Below are positions 63,221 through 64,000 of a stretch of 64,000 nt of DNA, piece by piece. How positions within the stretch are numbered: position 1 is the stretch's first letter; each line of letters begins with the position of its first letter. Origin of the DNA: Malacoraja senta (lineage: Eukaryota); NCBI GenBank assembly GCA_038087875.1, contig CM075989.1:5828001-5892000 (forward strand), given 5' to 3'. Made by a program: the position numbers and the translations under genes. The notes beneath the pieces are model-generated. The model was not told the origin of the DNA, searched no databases, and worked only from the letters and a program-made list of their open reading frames with translations.

Positions 63221-63544
63221 AGAGGTGATGTTACATCTAGATTAGCCATGCCGTTAAATGGCAGCACAAGCTGGAGAATGCTCTACTCCAGTTCCCGACT
63301 TTTATGTACAAGATCACAGAATGTACTTTCTCCTCTCTAGTTTCTTTCACTGGCTGCTTGGTCAGTTAGATGAGATCAAAGTGACTGGGTAATAATTAAT
63401 CAATCTTTGTGCTTGGCTTGTGTTGCAGTGAGAGCCTTTGCTATGCCATTGACTGTAAACTCTGAAGCCAAAGACAAGGTCCTGAGGCCAAAGCCAACTG
63501 CTGAAACTACCAACAGCAGTGGTGCAGGAGAAGAAACAGCTACT

Positions 63545-63900
63545 CATATTCCACTTGGTTTGCAGCAAAATTGTGGACGCAGCCCAAACCATCACACAAA
63601 CCAACCTCCCTTCCATTGACTCCATTTACACCTCACGCTGCCTTGGCAAGGCCAGCAGCATAATCAAGGATGAGTTGCACCCGGCCACTCCCTCCTCTCC
63701 CCTCTCCCACCGGGCAAAAGGTACAGAGGTGTGAAAACGCACACTTCCAGATTCAGGGGCAGTTTCTTCCCAGCTGTTATCAGGCAACTGAATCATCCTA
63801 CCACAACCAGAGAGCAGTCCTGAACTACTGTCTTCCTCATTGGTGACCCGCGGACTATCTCCAATCGGACCTTTACTGCCTTTACCGAGCACTAAACCTT
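63545..63900 (+). mobile_element. Rex1/Babar 3' fragment
   Basis: Translates as KIVDAAQTITQTNLPSIDSIYTSRCLGKASSIIKD..HP. Confidence 0.8.
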
Positions 63901-64000
63901 ATCCCGTTAAAGAACTGCAGATACTGGTTTACAAAAAAATGACACAAAGTGCCGGGTAACTCAGCGGGTCAGGCAGCATCTCTGGAGAACATGGATAGGT

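Overview
Repeat-dense vertebrate genomic DNA, almost certainly from a cartilaginous fish (skate/ray). The inference rests on about 20 HE1-type V-SINEs and many HER1/CR1 LINE tails. I cannot support any host protein-coding gene. All recognisable coding sequence is transposon-derived: two decayed CR1 LINEs with esterase ORF1, a Rex1/Babar RT, Penelope GIY-YIG fragments and L1/Tx1 C-termini. The window looks like a large intron or gene desert with several TE-free islands that are candidate conserved enhancers. Most notable: (1) more than a dozen Penelope pseudo-LTR units carrying a minimal hammerhead-ribozyme core, including a ~208-bp foldback unit with its own 13-bp target-site duplication; (2) eleven PIF/Harbinger-type MITEs from several families sharing the terminal AGGGCCTGTCCCAC and mostly TWA TSDs, with one nested MITE and two independent insertions at the same TAA of the Penelope LTR; (3) a tandem non-autonomous Helitron plus a second Helitron 3' end next to a 1.2-kb polypurine tract; (4) a CR1 tail plus ~70 bp of unique flank repeated 38 kb apart. 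There is a 200-N assembly gap at 15900-16099. Family assignments come from motif recognition without database searches, and many boundaries are approximate.
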